The translations under genes and the position numbers were made by a program. Shown here piece after piece: positions 1-9,402 of a DNA stretch of 64,000 nt. The notes under the pieces were generated by a model. It had not been told where the DNA came from. It worked only from the letters and a program-made list of their open reading frames with translations, and searched no databases. The DNA is taken from contig JBFMCL010000006.1 in the NCBI GenBank assembly GCA_040754395.1, positions 35,197-99,196 on the forward strand, in the 5' to 3' direction. Every line of letters begins with the position of its first letter. Position 1 is the stretch's first letter. Origin of the DNA: Nitrospirota bacterium (lineage in GTDB: Bacteria > Nitrospirota > Thermodesulfovibrionia > Thermodesulfovibrionales > SM23-35).

Positions 1-1027
1 GGATACGGGTATTTTCCGGAAGGCCAAGGTATGTGTAAACGATTTTTGTGACTACGGGATCGATTTCGATCACATCGATGTGTGCATGAGGGTAATACGT
101 CTCCAAATATCTCGGGAAGGTATATCCGCCCCCGCCGATGGTAAGGGTCCTGAGGGGAGAATCTTTCGGAAATCGCCATTTCAGCACATCAGCATAAATT
201 TTCTCGTACTGGTACTCAATGTGGAGGGGGTTTTCAAGATTCACATAAGAATGGACGAGGTTATCCAGTATCAGAGCCTGAAGCGGTGTGGTACCATCCC
301 TGCTTACGGCCTTTTTCAGTTTCAGGGTGTAATAGTCGCTTTCAGTATAATAGTAGGTATCTGCGGTGAGGTGAGGCCTGAACGCAAGGTCGTAGGTGAA
401 AATCACGATAAGCGCAGGAATCAGGAGAAGACCTGCGGCCCGTGCTCCTTTTCTGAACAAGCTGCCCCACAGGAGTGCGGTAAGAATGAGGATGCCGCCT
501 ATTGTCAGGATGATATTCCTGGTGCCCATCCAGGATATCAGGAAGAACCCTGCTGCAAACGTGCCGGTGATTGATCCGAGAGTTGAAACCGCATATATCT
601 TGCCGACCACGTTTCCCACGCGTTCGAGATTGTTGACTGCAAGTTTTACCACAACCGGGGAGATCATTCCCAGGATGCAGCTCGGGAGAAAAAACGTGAT
701 TGTTGTGACGATGAGGATGCGCAGCATGAGTGTTGCGGGAAAATGATACCCTGCAACAATATTCGTTACGGGAGAGATGAGGAGGGTGGCAATTCCGGAT
801 ACAAGGAGAAGCCATCCAAGGGTTTTTCTTCCCGGGAAACGGTCGGCAAGTTTTCCTCCCAGGTAAGCGCCGACACTTATGCCCGCAAGCACCACACCGA
901 TGATGCTTGTCCATGTGTAGAGCGAAACTCCGACAAACGGCGCAAGGATCCGTCCGGCAACGATCTCTATCACAAGAATGCAGAAGCTTGCGATAAAGGT
1001 AATGATATAGGCAGTGGTGGTCTTCAT
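1..1027 (-). CDS. Membrane-anchored spermidine-synthase-like protein (N-terminal part; gene runs off the left edge)
   Basis: Not in the ORF track (no stop inside the window). My translation of the minus strand from ATG at 1027-1025 gives MKTTTAYIITFIASFCILVIEIVAGRILAPFVGVSLYTW... with several hydrophobic helices. It continues in frame to ...TLTIGGGGYTFPRYLETYYPHAHIDVIEIDP (GxGxG SAM-MTase / spermidine-synthase-like core). The listed 342..1067 minus ORF is another frame with Cys/His/Arg-rich junk composition. Confidence 0.75.
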   Translation of the reverse strand, partial: MKTTTAYIITFIASFCILVIEIVAGRILAPFVGVSLYTWTSIIGVVLAGISVGAYLGGKLADRFPGRKTLGWLLLVSGIATLLISPVTNIVAGYHFPATLMLRILIVTTITFFLPSCILGMISPVVVKLAVNNLERVGNVVGKIYAVSTLGSITGTFAAGFFLISWMGTRNIILTIGGILILTALLWGSLFRKGARAAGLLLIPALIVIFTYDLAFRPHLTADTYYYTESDYYTLKLKKAVSRDGTTPLQALILDNLVHSYVNLENPLHIEYQYEKIYADVLKWRFPKDSPLRTLTIGGGGYTFPRYLETYYPHAHIDVIEIDPVVTKIVYTYLGLPENTRI

Positions 1028-1204
1028 GGTAATTTCCTTTCAAAAATCGGGTTACATTGTATACCACAAGGGTGCGGGGAATTCAAGATGCGCTTTGGCT
1101 GTGTGGTCGCTGCGGTGCATTGCTATTCCCTGTAAGGTATCTTTCCCTGTCAGGGGAATGCAACTCCCTTGTTTGAGGCGTTCTATTTTATGCCTGAAAA
1201 ACCG

Positions 1205-4012
1205 CTATCCAAAATATTTTTCCACATCCTGCGCGGACGTGGGTTTGTTGAAGTAATATCCCTGCGCCATATCACACTTCAGAATGCGGAGGATATTCCA
1301 CTGCTCTTCTGTTTCAACCCCCTCGGCAATAGTTTTGAGATTCAGGTTGTGGGCCATTGATATTATCGTGATCACTATGGAAGCGTCATCAGGACTGTTT
1401 GACAGGTCCCTGATGAAGGACAGGTCTATCTTCAGGCTGTCGACAGGCAGACTCCTGAGCATGCTCAGGGACGAATAACCGGTCCCGAAGTCATCGATAT
1501 GCACCGAGATGCCCGCTTTCTTCAGCCCTGTGATGAAGCTGCGGATAAAATCAATGTCTTCCATTATGCTGGTTTCCGTGATCTCGAACCCGAGGAAACT
1601 CGGATAGATACCGGTTTTCCTGATAGTCTGGACAATCTTTTCCATTAAGTTCTTCTGCCTGAACTGTACCGGGGAGAGATTCACAAAAACAGGCACGATC
1701 CTGTGTTTGAATCCCTTGTCCATCCATTCTTTGATCTGCCTGCATACTGTTTCTATGATCCAGTTGCCGACATCGACGATCATCCCTGTCTCTTCAAGGA
1801 TGGGGATGAAGTGCGCCGGTGAGACGAATCCAAGTTCAGGGCTGTTCCACCGGAGGAGCGCTTCCATGCCGACCATTTTTCTGGTGCTGATGTCAAAATA
1901 TGGCTGGTAGTGCATTGTATATTCGTGTGCTTTCAGGGCATTGAAGAGTCTCCGCTGGAGATTTACGAATTCGGACGTTTTGATGTTCATGTCCGCGGTA
2001 AAGAACTGATAGGAGTTCATCCCTCCCGATTTTGCCTTTGACAGGGCGATATCTGCATTGTTCATGAGGGTTTCAGTAGTATCCCCGTCATTCGGGAACA
2101 GGGAGATTCCCATGCTCAGGGTCAGGATTATTTCTTCCTGATATATTGTGAAAGGTTTTTGAATGGAATTCCATATTTTTTCCATACACAGTACCAGATC
2201 TTCAGAATGCTGGATATCGGTGATCACCATGCCGAAATTGTCAGCGCCGAAACGGGCTACAGTGCACTCGCGGGATATGGCATCTGAGAGCCTTTTCCCT
2301 ACTCTCTTCAGCAGTTCATCCCCCGTCCTGTATCCGAGGTTTTCGTTCAGCATAGTGAATCTGTCAATGTCAATTGCCACTACCGCGATAAGTTTCTCCT
2401 GTTCTTTCGCGATTTCCAATGACCTGGTTAATCTGTCGGTAAAAAGAGTCCTGTTTGGCAGTCCCGTGAGGGGATCATAGTAGGCAGTGTATTCGAGCCG
2501 CTCTTCCAGAAGTTTCTGTTGGGTTATGTCTTTTGCGGTTCCCACAAAATGGGTAATGGTTCCCTGCCCGTCTTTCAGCGGAGTTATTGTGTAATGGAGC
2601 TCAAATATCTCACCGGTTTTCTTTCTGTTTATCAGTATCCCAAGGAATGTATTGTCTGAAAGCAGTGTTTCCCAGAGGTTTTTATAGAAATCGTTGTCAT
2701 GCCTGCCGGAATTGAATATCCTCGGGTTCTGCCCGATCAGCTCTTCCCTTGTATACCCCGATATGTGTGTGACTGCATTGTTTACGTATTCAATTGAGCC
2801 CTCGCGGTTGGTGATGAGAATCCAGTCTGCCGCATGATCTACCGCGGTCATAAGTTTCTGCATCTCCCTTTCTGCTGCCTTGCGCGCAGAGATATCCCGG
2901 CATACACAGAATACGAGCTTCTGATCCCCCCACACAGCTCCGTTGGTACTGATTTCCACGTCATACCATGTGCCGTCCTTGCGACGGTGCTGTGTCTCAA
3001 GGTGTTGCCCTTTGTTATCGACAAGGCGGATCATTTCGAGCAGTTCTTCGGGCTTCCATCGCAGATCCCAGTCCCATACATGGAGAGTATGGACTTCCTC
3101 CGGAGAATATCCGAGCATTGCGGCAAATGCGTTGTTTGCCTCGTATACCTTCCCGTTCTGGTCAAGCACTACGATTCCGTCCCTTGACTGTTCGATCAGG
3201 ATATTTCGCCGGATCGCTTCCTCATGAAGCTTTTTTTCCGAAAGCTTGCGCGCTGTAATGTCACGGAACATTCCCAGCATACAGGGTCTGCCGTCTATTT
3301 CCATAGGCGTGGCATTTACGTCGGCAAGAAATACCGTGCCGTCCTTGCGCAGGCAGGGGATATCCTCAACCAGAGTTTTTTCCTTCCTTGCCTGCATTTC
3401 GAATTCCTTGAGCACCCGGGGAAGGTCTTCGCCGGGATGGATGTCCGGGACACTCAGGGAAAGGAGCTCTTCCCTGGTGTATCCGAGCATTTCGCACATC
3501 TTCCTGTTGGCATAGCGGAAGGTCTTTGACTCGATATCCGCAATCAGCAGGCCGTCGGCATTATATTCAAACAGTATCCGGTATCTGTCTTCAGATGCCT
3601 TCAGTTCCTCCCGTGCGCGCAACCGTTCAATACGCACAGTTTTTTCTTCAAGGGCATGGACGACCGCAGGCCCCAGTCTCCTCAGGTGCTGTTTGATTAC
3701 ATAGTTGGCAGCGCCTGCTTTCATGCAGTCTACCGCAGTGTCTTCGTTCATCGCGCCGGTCACGATTATGAAGGGTGTAAGGGGAGCTTTTTTCAGGGCT
3801 AATCGCAGCGCCGTCATACCGTCAAAGGAGGGCATCATGTAATCCGATACAATGATGTCCGGAGCAAACTCATCAAGCGCCCGAAGAAAATCTGCCTCGG
3901 TCTCGACCCTTTCGAAGACGCAGTGGGTGAGCACGCTTTTTATTTCTCTCTCGTTCAGTTCGGCGTCAGTCGGAATGTCTTCAACAATCAGGATGCGGTA
4001 TGGTCTGTCCAC
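1205..4012 (-). CDS. REC + multiple PAS + degenerate GGDEF + EAL protein (probable c-di-GMP phosphodiesterase)
   Basis: 935-aa ORF. N-terminal receiver (RILIVEDIPTD...DIIVSDYMMPSFDG). Repeated PAS-like blocks. The GGDEF position reads RFGADNF (nt 2234-2251). The EAL motif is intact (MEALLRW, EAL at nt 1856-1864) and DDFGTGYSS lies downstream. Confidence 0.9.
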   Translation of the reverse strand: MDRPYRILIVEDIPTDAELNEREIKSVLTHCVFERVETEADFLRALDEFAPDIIVSDYMMPSFDGMTALRLALKKAPLTPFIIVTGAMNEDTAVDCMKAGAANYVIKQHLRRLGPAVVHALEEKTVRIERLRAREELKASEDRYRILFEYNADGLLIADIESKTFRYANRKMCEMLGYTREELLSLSVPDIHPGEDLPRVLKEFEMQARKEKTLVEDIPCLRKDGTVFLADVNATPMEIDGRPCMLGMFRDITARKLSEKKLHEEAIRRNILIEQSRDGIVVLDQNGKVYEANNAFAAMLGYSPEEVHTLHVWDWDLRWKPEELLEMIRLVDNKGQHLETQHRRKDGTWYDVEISTNGAVWGDQKLVFCVCRDISARKAAEREMQKLMTAVDHAADWILITNREGSIEYVNNAVTHISGYTREELIGQNPRIFNSGRHDNDFYKNLWETLLSDNTFLGILINRKKTGEIFELHYTITPLKDGQGTITHFVGTAKDITQQKLLEERLEYTAYYDPLTGLPNRTLFTDRLTRSLEIAKEQEKLIAVVAIDIDRFTMLNENLGYRTGDELLKRVGKRLSDAISRECTVARFGADNFGMVITDIQHSEDLVLCMEKIWNSIQKPFTIYQEEIILTLSMGISLFPNDGDTTETLMNNADIALSKAKSGGMNSYQFFTADMNIKTSEFVNLQRRLFNALKAHEYTMHYQPYFDISTRKMVGMEALLRWNSPELGFVSPAHFIPILEETGMIVDVGNWIIETVCRQIKEWMDKGFKHRIVPVFVNLSPVQFRQKNLMEKIVQTIRKTGIYPSFLGFEITETSIMEDIDFIRSFITGLKKAGISVHIDDFGTGYSSLSMLRSLPVDSLKIDLSFIRDLSNSPDDASIVITIISMAHNLNLKTIAEGVETEEQWNILRILKCDMAQGYYFNKPTSAQDVEKYFG

Positions 4013-4057
4013 AGGCTCTCCTTAATAGCCCTTCATTATTTTTATCGCAAGGCGATG

Positions 4058-4510
4058 TCAGAAATTCCCCTTCGGCGGCTGATTTACCAGCAGCCAGAAT
4101 AATCCTGAAGCGGTCATTGCCTTCCGGAACGCATCGAACTGCACCGGTTTCACCACATAACCGTTGGCCCCCAGTTCATATGCAGTCTCGATATCAGGGT
4201 CCTCCCTTGAGGATGTCACGATCACGACCGGAAGCTTTTTCGTCTTTTCGTTGCTTTTGATCTCTTTCAATACCTCAAGCCCGTTGAGCTTCGGTAGTTT
4301 CAGGTCGAGGAAGACTGCCTTCAGCGGTTTGGTTGGATGACGGTTTGCAAACTTCCCGCGGCAGAACAGGAGATCGAGCGCCTCGTCCCCGTCCTCCACC
4401 ACGAAAATTTCGTTCGCAAGGTGCTGCTCCCTGAGCGCGCTGATGGTCATTTCCGCGTCATGGGGGTTGTCTTCCACCAGAAGGATTTCAACTGCATCGT
4501 ATCGGTTCAT
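4058..4510 (-). CDS. Single-domain CheY-like response regulator
   Basis: ILLVEDNPHDAEM...VFLDLKLPKLNG...VVIVTSS receiver pattern. I prefer ATG at 4510 (MNRYDAVE...), which overlaps the kinase stop as ATGA. The track ORF extends to 4579. Confidence 0.85.
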   Translation of the reverse strand: MNRYDAVEILLVEDNPHDAEMTISALREQHLANEIFVVEDGDEALDLLFCRGKFANRHPTKPLKAVFLDLKLPKLNGLEVLKEIKSNEKTKKLPVVIVTSSREDPDIETAYELGANGYVVKPVQFDAFRKAMTASGLFWLLVNQPPKGNF

Positions 4511-7440
4511 AACTTCCTCTCTTTTACTGGCATTGAAAAACAGAACTCTGCGCCTTTGTCCACTTCCCCCTTGGCCCATACCTCGCCGCCATGCCTGTGG
4601 ATGATCCTCTGCACGATGGCAAGCCCCACGCCGGTTCCCTCAAACTCTCGCTCGCTGTGCAGCCGCTGAAAGACCCCGAAGAGCTTGTTCTGATATTTCA
4701 TGTTGAATCCGGCGCCATTGTCCTGAATGCAGTAGACTGCCTTTTCCTCTTCTTTGCTCGAGGTGACGGAAATGGAAGCACGCTCCCGGTGTGCAGAGAA
4801 TTTGACCGCGTTCGAGATCAGGTTTGTCCAGACCTGCCTGAGCAGCGCAGGGTCGCCATCTGCACTGGGCAGATCGCCAAGCGCAAAATCTATCCGCTGC
4901 TGCATCTCAGGGGTTGTGAGTTCAGCAAATACTTCTCCTGCCATCGTCTTCATGTCAATTGAGGCAAAGTGCATTTCCGTACGGCCAAGACGCGATAACG
5001 CCAGAAGGTCGTCGATAAGTCTTGCCATCTTTTTCGTGCTTTCTACAATTACGGAGCAGACCCTTTTCCCTTCGTCGTCAAAATCTGCTCCAAGATGTCT
5101 CACGAGCATTTGCGTAAATCCGTCAATCGCCCTGAGCGGGGCACGCAGGTCGTGCGAGACCGAATAAGTGAAGGCTTCGAGTTCCCTGTTTGCAGCCTTA
5201 AGGGCAGTGGTGCGTTCTTCGACACGCTGTTCAAGTTCTTCGTTCAGCTTTCGTATCTCCTCTTCTGCCTGCTTTCGCTCGGTGACGTCGGTAATAAATC
5301 CTTCGAGGGCAATAACATCCCCTTGTTCGGAATATATGCCGCACCCCTGCTCCCAAACCCATTTTTCTTTGCCGTCTTTTGTAATTATAGGGTACTCATC
5401 AGTAAAAACTTCTTTATTGCTCAATATTTTGGTCCATTTTTCATAAAGATATTCCTGGTAATCCGGATGTATGATATCGTTAAAAGCAAGGGTTTTGTTC
5501 CCGATAAAATCTTCAGGTTGGTAACCGGTTAATTCAATGCAGCCCTCACTAATATACTCCATGGTCCAGTTGCGGTCGTAGGCGCAGCGGTATGCTATTC
5601 CGGGCAGGTTCCCGATTAGGGTGGAAAGATGGCGCTGGCTTTCTCTTATTTTCTCCTCAGCCAGCTTTTGTTCGGTGATGTTGGTAAACACGCAGTGTGT
5701 CTGCAGAAAATCGCCCTTCTTATTGCAGCTTACGCTTCCCTCGAAGGAAACGATAATTGTGCTGCCGTCCTTATGTTTCATCTCGTACTCAACCCCGTGG
5801 ATTTCACCCTCTGATTTAAACTGGGAGAACCGCTCGGGGAACAGTGAAGAACTGCTTCCAGAAAGAAAGTCGCCAAACCTTTTCCCGATTACCTCATTCC
5901 GTGCATAGCCCATGGTCTCCAGCCACGCATTGTTTATATCGAGAATTCTTCCCTCTGCATCCAGTGATTGGTAGGGGGCAGGTGACTGCTCATAGAACAG
6001 GCGGAACCTTTGTTCGCTTTCCTGCAGCACCTTTTGCGCTGCGCGCTCCTCTGTCTGATCGCGGAAGACGAGCACCACCGCGATGATATCCCCTTTTTCA
6101 CTCCTGACTGGCGAGCAGCTGTTGGCGATAGGTATTTCCATTCCGTCCCTTGAGACAAGAAGCGTGTCATTGGCAAGCCCGATGACCGTCCCTTCATTGA
6201 GAACCTTGTGGACTGGGTCTTCAAGCCATTCCCGGGTTTCTTCGTGCATGATCCTGAATATCTCCTGAAGCGGCCTGCCTTTTGCCTCATGTTCCTTCCA
6301 GCCGGTTAATTGTTCTGCTACGGCATTCATGTGACGGAGGTTGCCTTTGGTATCTGCGGTAATCACCGCATCGCCGATGCTGTAGAGCGTTATGCGGAAT
6401 TCCTCCTGTGCTATGCGCAGGTCTCTTTCCTTCAGGAACAATTCCCTGTAGATATTCTTCTGGCGGGAATGATAGAGCCATGCGATTCCTGTACCGGTCA
6501 GAATAAGCATCAGGAATATGAACAGAACGGTGACCGTACCCCTGTAACGGAGTTTTGCAAAAATCTCGCTCCTGTCGACTTTTGTGACCATATGCCAGGG
6601 CGTCTCCGGAACAGGCCTTATGTCGGCAAGCACGTCAATCCCGCGATAGTCCTTTCCTTCAATTATCCCTTCGAAACCCTGTACAGCCTGTACCACCGGA
6701 AGGTCTTTCTCTGTAAGAGCTCTGCGAAGTTGTAATGCGGTGTTTTTTCTGTGGCGCAATTCGTTCAGAAAAAGCACGCTTTCGCCGTCCCTGCGGACAA
6801 GCATGGTCTCGGCTGTTTTGCTCGGGGTAGGCCATAACTGGATAATCGGGTATAAGTAATTATCCGGATCAATGGAAAATACCAGTGCTGAAATTGTAAT
6901 GCGCTGTTCATTGACAACCGGTGCGATAATATCAAGGTGGACTTTGTCGTCAATGGAGCAAAGATAGAAATCAGTAAGAATTACCTGCTGCATATGCACT
7001 GCCTCGATGATTTTTCCGGAGGTAAATGCATCAAGCTTTTTTGTCCTGTGTGCGAGCGAAAGCAGCAGGTTCCCTTCGGGAGAGGAAAGTATGATGTCAT
7101 TATCGTAGTATTCCTCTTGTTTATGAGAGAGCAATTCGAGAATATTTTCTTTTGAGGAAGGATCTTCCGGGTTTGCAAGCCACTGCTCTATCCTGCGCAC
7201 AAAGAAGGGAGATTGTGACAGCACTCCGGCATCGGCGATTCTTTCTTCCCGCCATTGTGTTATCTGGCCGATCTTCAGGCTGGCGATTGCTTTCAGCTCA
7301 TCGTATTTCTCCTTCCTTATGGCCCGTGCTTCGGCACGGTAATAGAGAACTCCGCCAGCGATCAGCAGCATACTTATGACGGCAGTTAACAGTATCAGGT
7401 GCTGCTTTTTGAAGAAAGATATTTCAGTTTTGTTTTCCAT
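4507..7440 (-). CDS. Sensor histidine kinase (TM, about 260-aa extracytoplasmic domain, TM, 3 PAS, HisKA, HATPase_c)
   Basis: 977-aa ORF. Two hydrophobic segments bracket a large N-terminal domain. PAS-like repeats follow. H-box FTYSVSHDLRAPLRAIDGF. N/G boxes NLISNAVKF, DNGAGF, GTGVGLAIV. Confidence 0.9.
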   Translation of the reverse strand: MENKTEISFFKKQHLILLTAVISMLLIAGGVLYYRAEARAIRKEKYDELKAIASLKIGQITQWREERIADAGVLSQSPFFVRRIEQWLANPEDPSSKENILELLSHKQEEYYDNDIILSSPEGNLLLSLAHRTKKLDAFTSGKIIEAVHMQQVILTDFYLCSIDDKVHLDIIAPVVNEQRITISALVFSIDPDNYLYPIIQLWPTPSKTAETMLVRRDGESVLFLNELRHRKNTALQLRRALTEKDLPVVQAVQGFEGIIEGKDYRGIDVLADIRPVPETPWHMVTKVDRSEIFAKLRYRGTVTVLFIFLMLILTGTGIAWLYHSRQKNIYRELFLKERDLRIAQEEFRITLYSIGDAVITADTKGNLRHMNAVAEQLTGWKEHEAKGRPLQEIFRIMHEETREWLEDPVHKVLNEGTVIGLANDTLLVSRDGMEIPIANSCSPVRSEKGDIIAVVLVFRDQTEERAAQKVLQESEQRFRLFYEQSPAPYQSLDAEGRILDINNAWLETMGYARNEVIGKRFGDFLSGSSSSLFPERFSQFKSEGEIHGVEYEMKHKDGSTIIVSFEGSVSCNKKGDFLQTHCVFTNITEQKLAEEKIRESQRHLSTLIGNLPGIAYRCAYDRNWTMEYISEGCIELTGYQPEDFIGNKTLAFNDIIHPDYQEYLYEKWTKILSNKEVFTDEYPIITKDGKEKWVWEQGCGIYSEQGDVIALEGFITDVTERKQAEEEIRKLNEELEQRVEERTTALKAANRELEAFTYSVSHDLRAPLRAIDGFTQMLVRHLGADFDDEGKRVCSVIVESTKKMARLIDDLLALSRLGRTEMHFASIDMKTMAGEVFAELTTPEMQQRIDFALGDLPSADGDPALLRQVWTNLISNAVKFSAHRERASISVTSSKEEEKAVYCIQDNGAGFNMKYQNKLFGVFQRLHSEREFEGTGVGLAIVQRIIHRHGGEVWAKGEVDKGAEFCFSMPVKERKL

Positions 7441-7903
7441 TATTGGTAACTGTTAGGTCTCCGGTTACCCGGATCCGGCGTTTAATAACTCAAACGCTTG
7501 ATGAACTGGATATTGCGAGTCCCGAAAGCATCCGGGACTTGCAATCTCATTTGATAAGAAGAGATTGCTTCCTTACTCTCGCAATGACCATTCTTACCGT
7601 TTTGGAGTTGGCTTTTTATAAAATTATATCAGGTTCGTTTAAAATATCCACTTTTTGGCTGCGTTCGGGCGGCATTCCAAAAAAAGACTTTATTATCCAT
7701 CGGCCGAAAAGGCAGTGCGCTTCTCGGGAAGGGGAGGAACCGGTTCAGGTGCACAGGGGTCTCAGGGTTTTTGCACGCGTGGCACGGGTTTTCCAATCGG
7801 GTATGCTGCTGGCGGCAATATATGAATATCATTGCCCTGACGGTTTTTTTCTTTCTGTATGCGTCGGTTTTCCCTCGACAGAAGATGACCTTGAGCGGAA
7901 GGA

Positions 7904-8401
7904 TTACCGGTAGTTAATGAACTCTATATGGTAGTCGAACTCTTTTTTCTTCAGCATTCCGATGACTGACTGAAGGTCGTCGATCTTTTTTGCCCTGACC
8001 CGAACCTGGTCTTTCTGGATCTCGGCCTGTACCTTAAGCTTCATTTCCTTAATGAGTTTGACGATATCCTTTGCCCGTTCCGTTGCTATGCCCTGCTGGA
8101 GGGATACGGGCTGGCGGAGCGTATCACCTGCTGCATGCTCGGCCTTGCCGAAGCTGAGGGACTTCAGGGAAACATTGCGCTTTACCAGTTTGCCTTTGAG
8201 GATTTCGGTAAGACTCTTCATTTTGTAGTCATCATCCGCGATGAGGATGATCTCTGCCTTTTCCTTATTCAGATCGATGCTGCTTTTGCTCCCCTTAAAG
8301 TCAAACCTCTGGCTGATTTCCTTCGCGGCCTGCTGCACCGCATTGGAGACTTCCTGCATGTCAACCCTGCTGACAATGTCAAACGAATGCTCATCTGCCA
8401 T
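7904..8401 (-). CDS. yajQ: YajQ-family (UPF0234) nucleotide / c-di-GMP-binding protein
   Basis: MADEHSFDIVSRVDMQEVSNAVQQAAKEISQRFDFKGS... is the typical YajQ N-terminus. AAGGAG lies 7 nt upstream of the ATG at 8401. The track ORF start at 8536 adds 45 implausible residues. Confidence 0.85.
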   Translation of the reverse strand: MADEHSFDIVSRVDMQEVSNAVQQAAKEISQRFDFKGSKSSIDLNKEKAEIILIADDDYKMKSLTEILKGKLVKRNVSLKSLSFGKAEHAAGDTLRQPVSLQQGIATERAKDIVKLIKEMKLKVQAEIQKDQVRVRAKKIDDLQSVIGMLKKKEFDYHIEFINYR

Positions 8402-8628
8402 ATCCGGCTCCTTTTTATGGAAATAATTTCTTATCGAATTATTACTGTTTGCGGTATTTCCGTCAAGTTTTCGTATCACGCGGTTTTCCCGGCAGTGCAC
8501 TGCGGACAGGCTGTCGTTGCAGTTATTATGTGGCATATCATGAAAAGGCGATTATTAGCTTGAATGAGAGATACATATCCATGTACTCTCTCAGCATGCA
8601 TTTAAGATATTTTTCAAGACGCTAAAAA

Positions 8629-8931
8629 TCAGTTATGTTTTCTTATTCTTTCTTTCCAATAATCGGGGTTTCTGTGCAGATGTGCTATAGCGACAATAAG
8701 TATCTCAGTGTCTGTTATCTGGTAGATAATTCCATATGGGAATCGATGCAATTGACATCTTCGTGTATTGCTACTAAACGGATGCCATGCCAGTGGAAAA
8801 TGTCGAATACGCTCGATGGCATTGAGTATCTCTCGCAAGAACGAATTACCTAAACCCGCAGATTCAGAATTGTAATACTCGATAGCTTCATCAAATTCGA
8901 TTTGAGCAATATCAAGAAGCCTTATCTGCAT
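8629..8931 (-). CDS. RelE/ParE-family type II toxin
   Basis: 100 aa. FPLAWHPF...RRCQLHRFPYGIIYQITDTEILIVAIAHLHRNPDYW is the RelE/ParE-like C-terminal pattern. The start overlaps the upstream antitoxin stop (TAATG). Confidence 0.8.
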   Translation of the reverse strand: MQIRLLDIAQIEFDEAIEYYNSESAGLGNSFLREILNAIERIRHFPLAWHPFSSNTRRCQLHRFPYGIIYQITDTEILIVAIAHLHRNPDYWKERIRKHN

Positions 8932-9152
8932 TATTTCTGATACTTAGATAATGCCTCTTTTAATGATACCGACTTTATTTTGCCGGCTTTATATGCCTTT
9001 ATCCTGTCTTCAACCTCCTTGCGCCATAAGTTATCTATTTGTTCGTTAGGTTGATCCAGGCTGGACAAAAGCCGATCAATAAGCGTTGCCCTTTCTAAAG
9101 TTGGGAGTTCCAGCGCATTTTTCAATACTTTCTGAGTATTTGTTGCCATCAA
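8931..9152 (-). CDS. Putative addiction-module antitoxin (small helical protein)
   Basis: 73 aa, directly upstream of and overlapping the toxin. LELPTLERATLIDRLLSSLD...WRKEVEDRIKAYKAGK resembles the addiction-module-component antitoxin family. Confidence 0.7.
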   Translation of the reverse strand: MMATNTQKVLKNALELPTLERATLIDRLLSSLDQPNEQIDNLWRKEVEDRIKAYKAGKIKSVSLKEALSKYQK

Positions 9153-9402
9153 ACCTCCTGCTTGATCTTTTTCATTATTATTTCAGGAATTTATCATTTT
9201 GTAAACATAATGCAGTGGTAAGCGGGCGCCTGCTCCTTACGCTACGCTGAACACATCCGATATTTGGATTTCTTACGGGGGGGTTCATGAAGGCTATGGT
9301 GAAAGATGTTTCGCAGCGCTTCTCTGCAGTCTTGCCTGTGCAGGGAGTATATCTTTCCCTGTGAATTAAGCAAATAATCATAATTTTTATTATAATTACT
9401 TA

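Noticed and set aside
342-1067. Long antisense or alternative-frame ORFs listed in the track inside well-supported genes (e.g. 342..1067-, 12160..12879-, 16395..17285-, 36495..37046-, 47830..48552-, 53491..53988-, 62871..63440-).
   Set aside because: Each lies fully within a gene with clear family motifs on the other strand or frame. They have skewed Arg/Ser/Cys/His-rich composition, lack SD sequences and show no recognisable domains. They are typical shadow ORFs.
7780-7795. Sigma-54-like promoter TGGCACGGGTTTTCCA (fits TGGCACG-N4-TTGCW except at the -12 GC, which reads CC).
   Set aside because: The mismatch hits the most conserved -12 dinucleotide. The orientation is plus strand with no gene downstream, only a hairpin 20 nt further on. 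No enhancer-binding protein is adjacent.
7443-7913. 156-aa plus-strand ORF filling the kinase/yajQ gap.
   Set aside because: No SD and no recognisable motif. Composition looks non-coding, and it contains the hairpin+T-run inside it. I treated the region as non-coding (see the gap finding).
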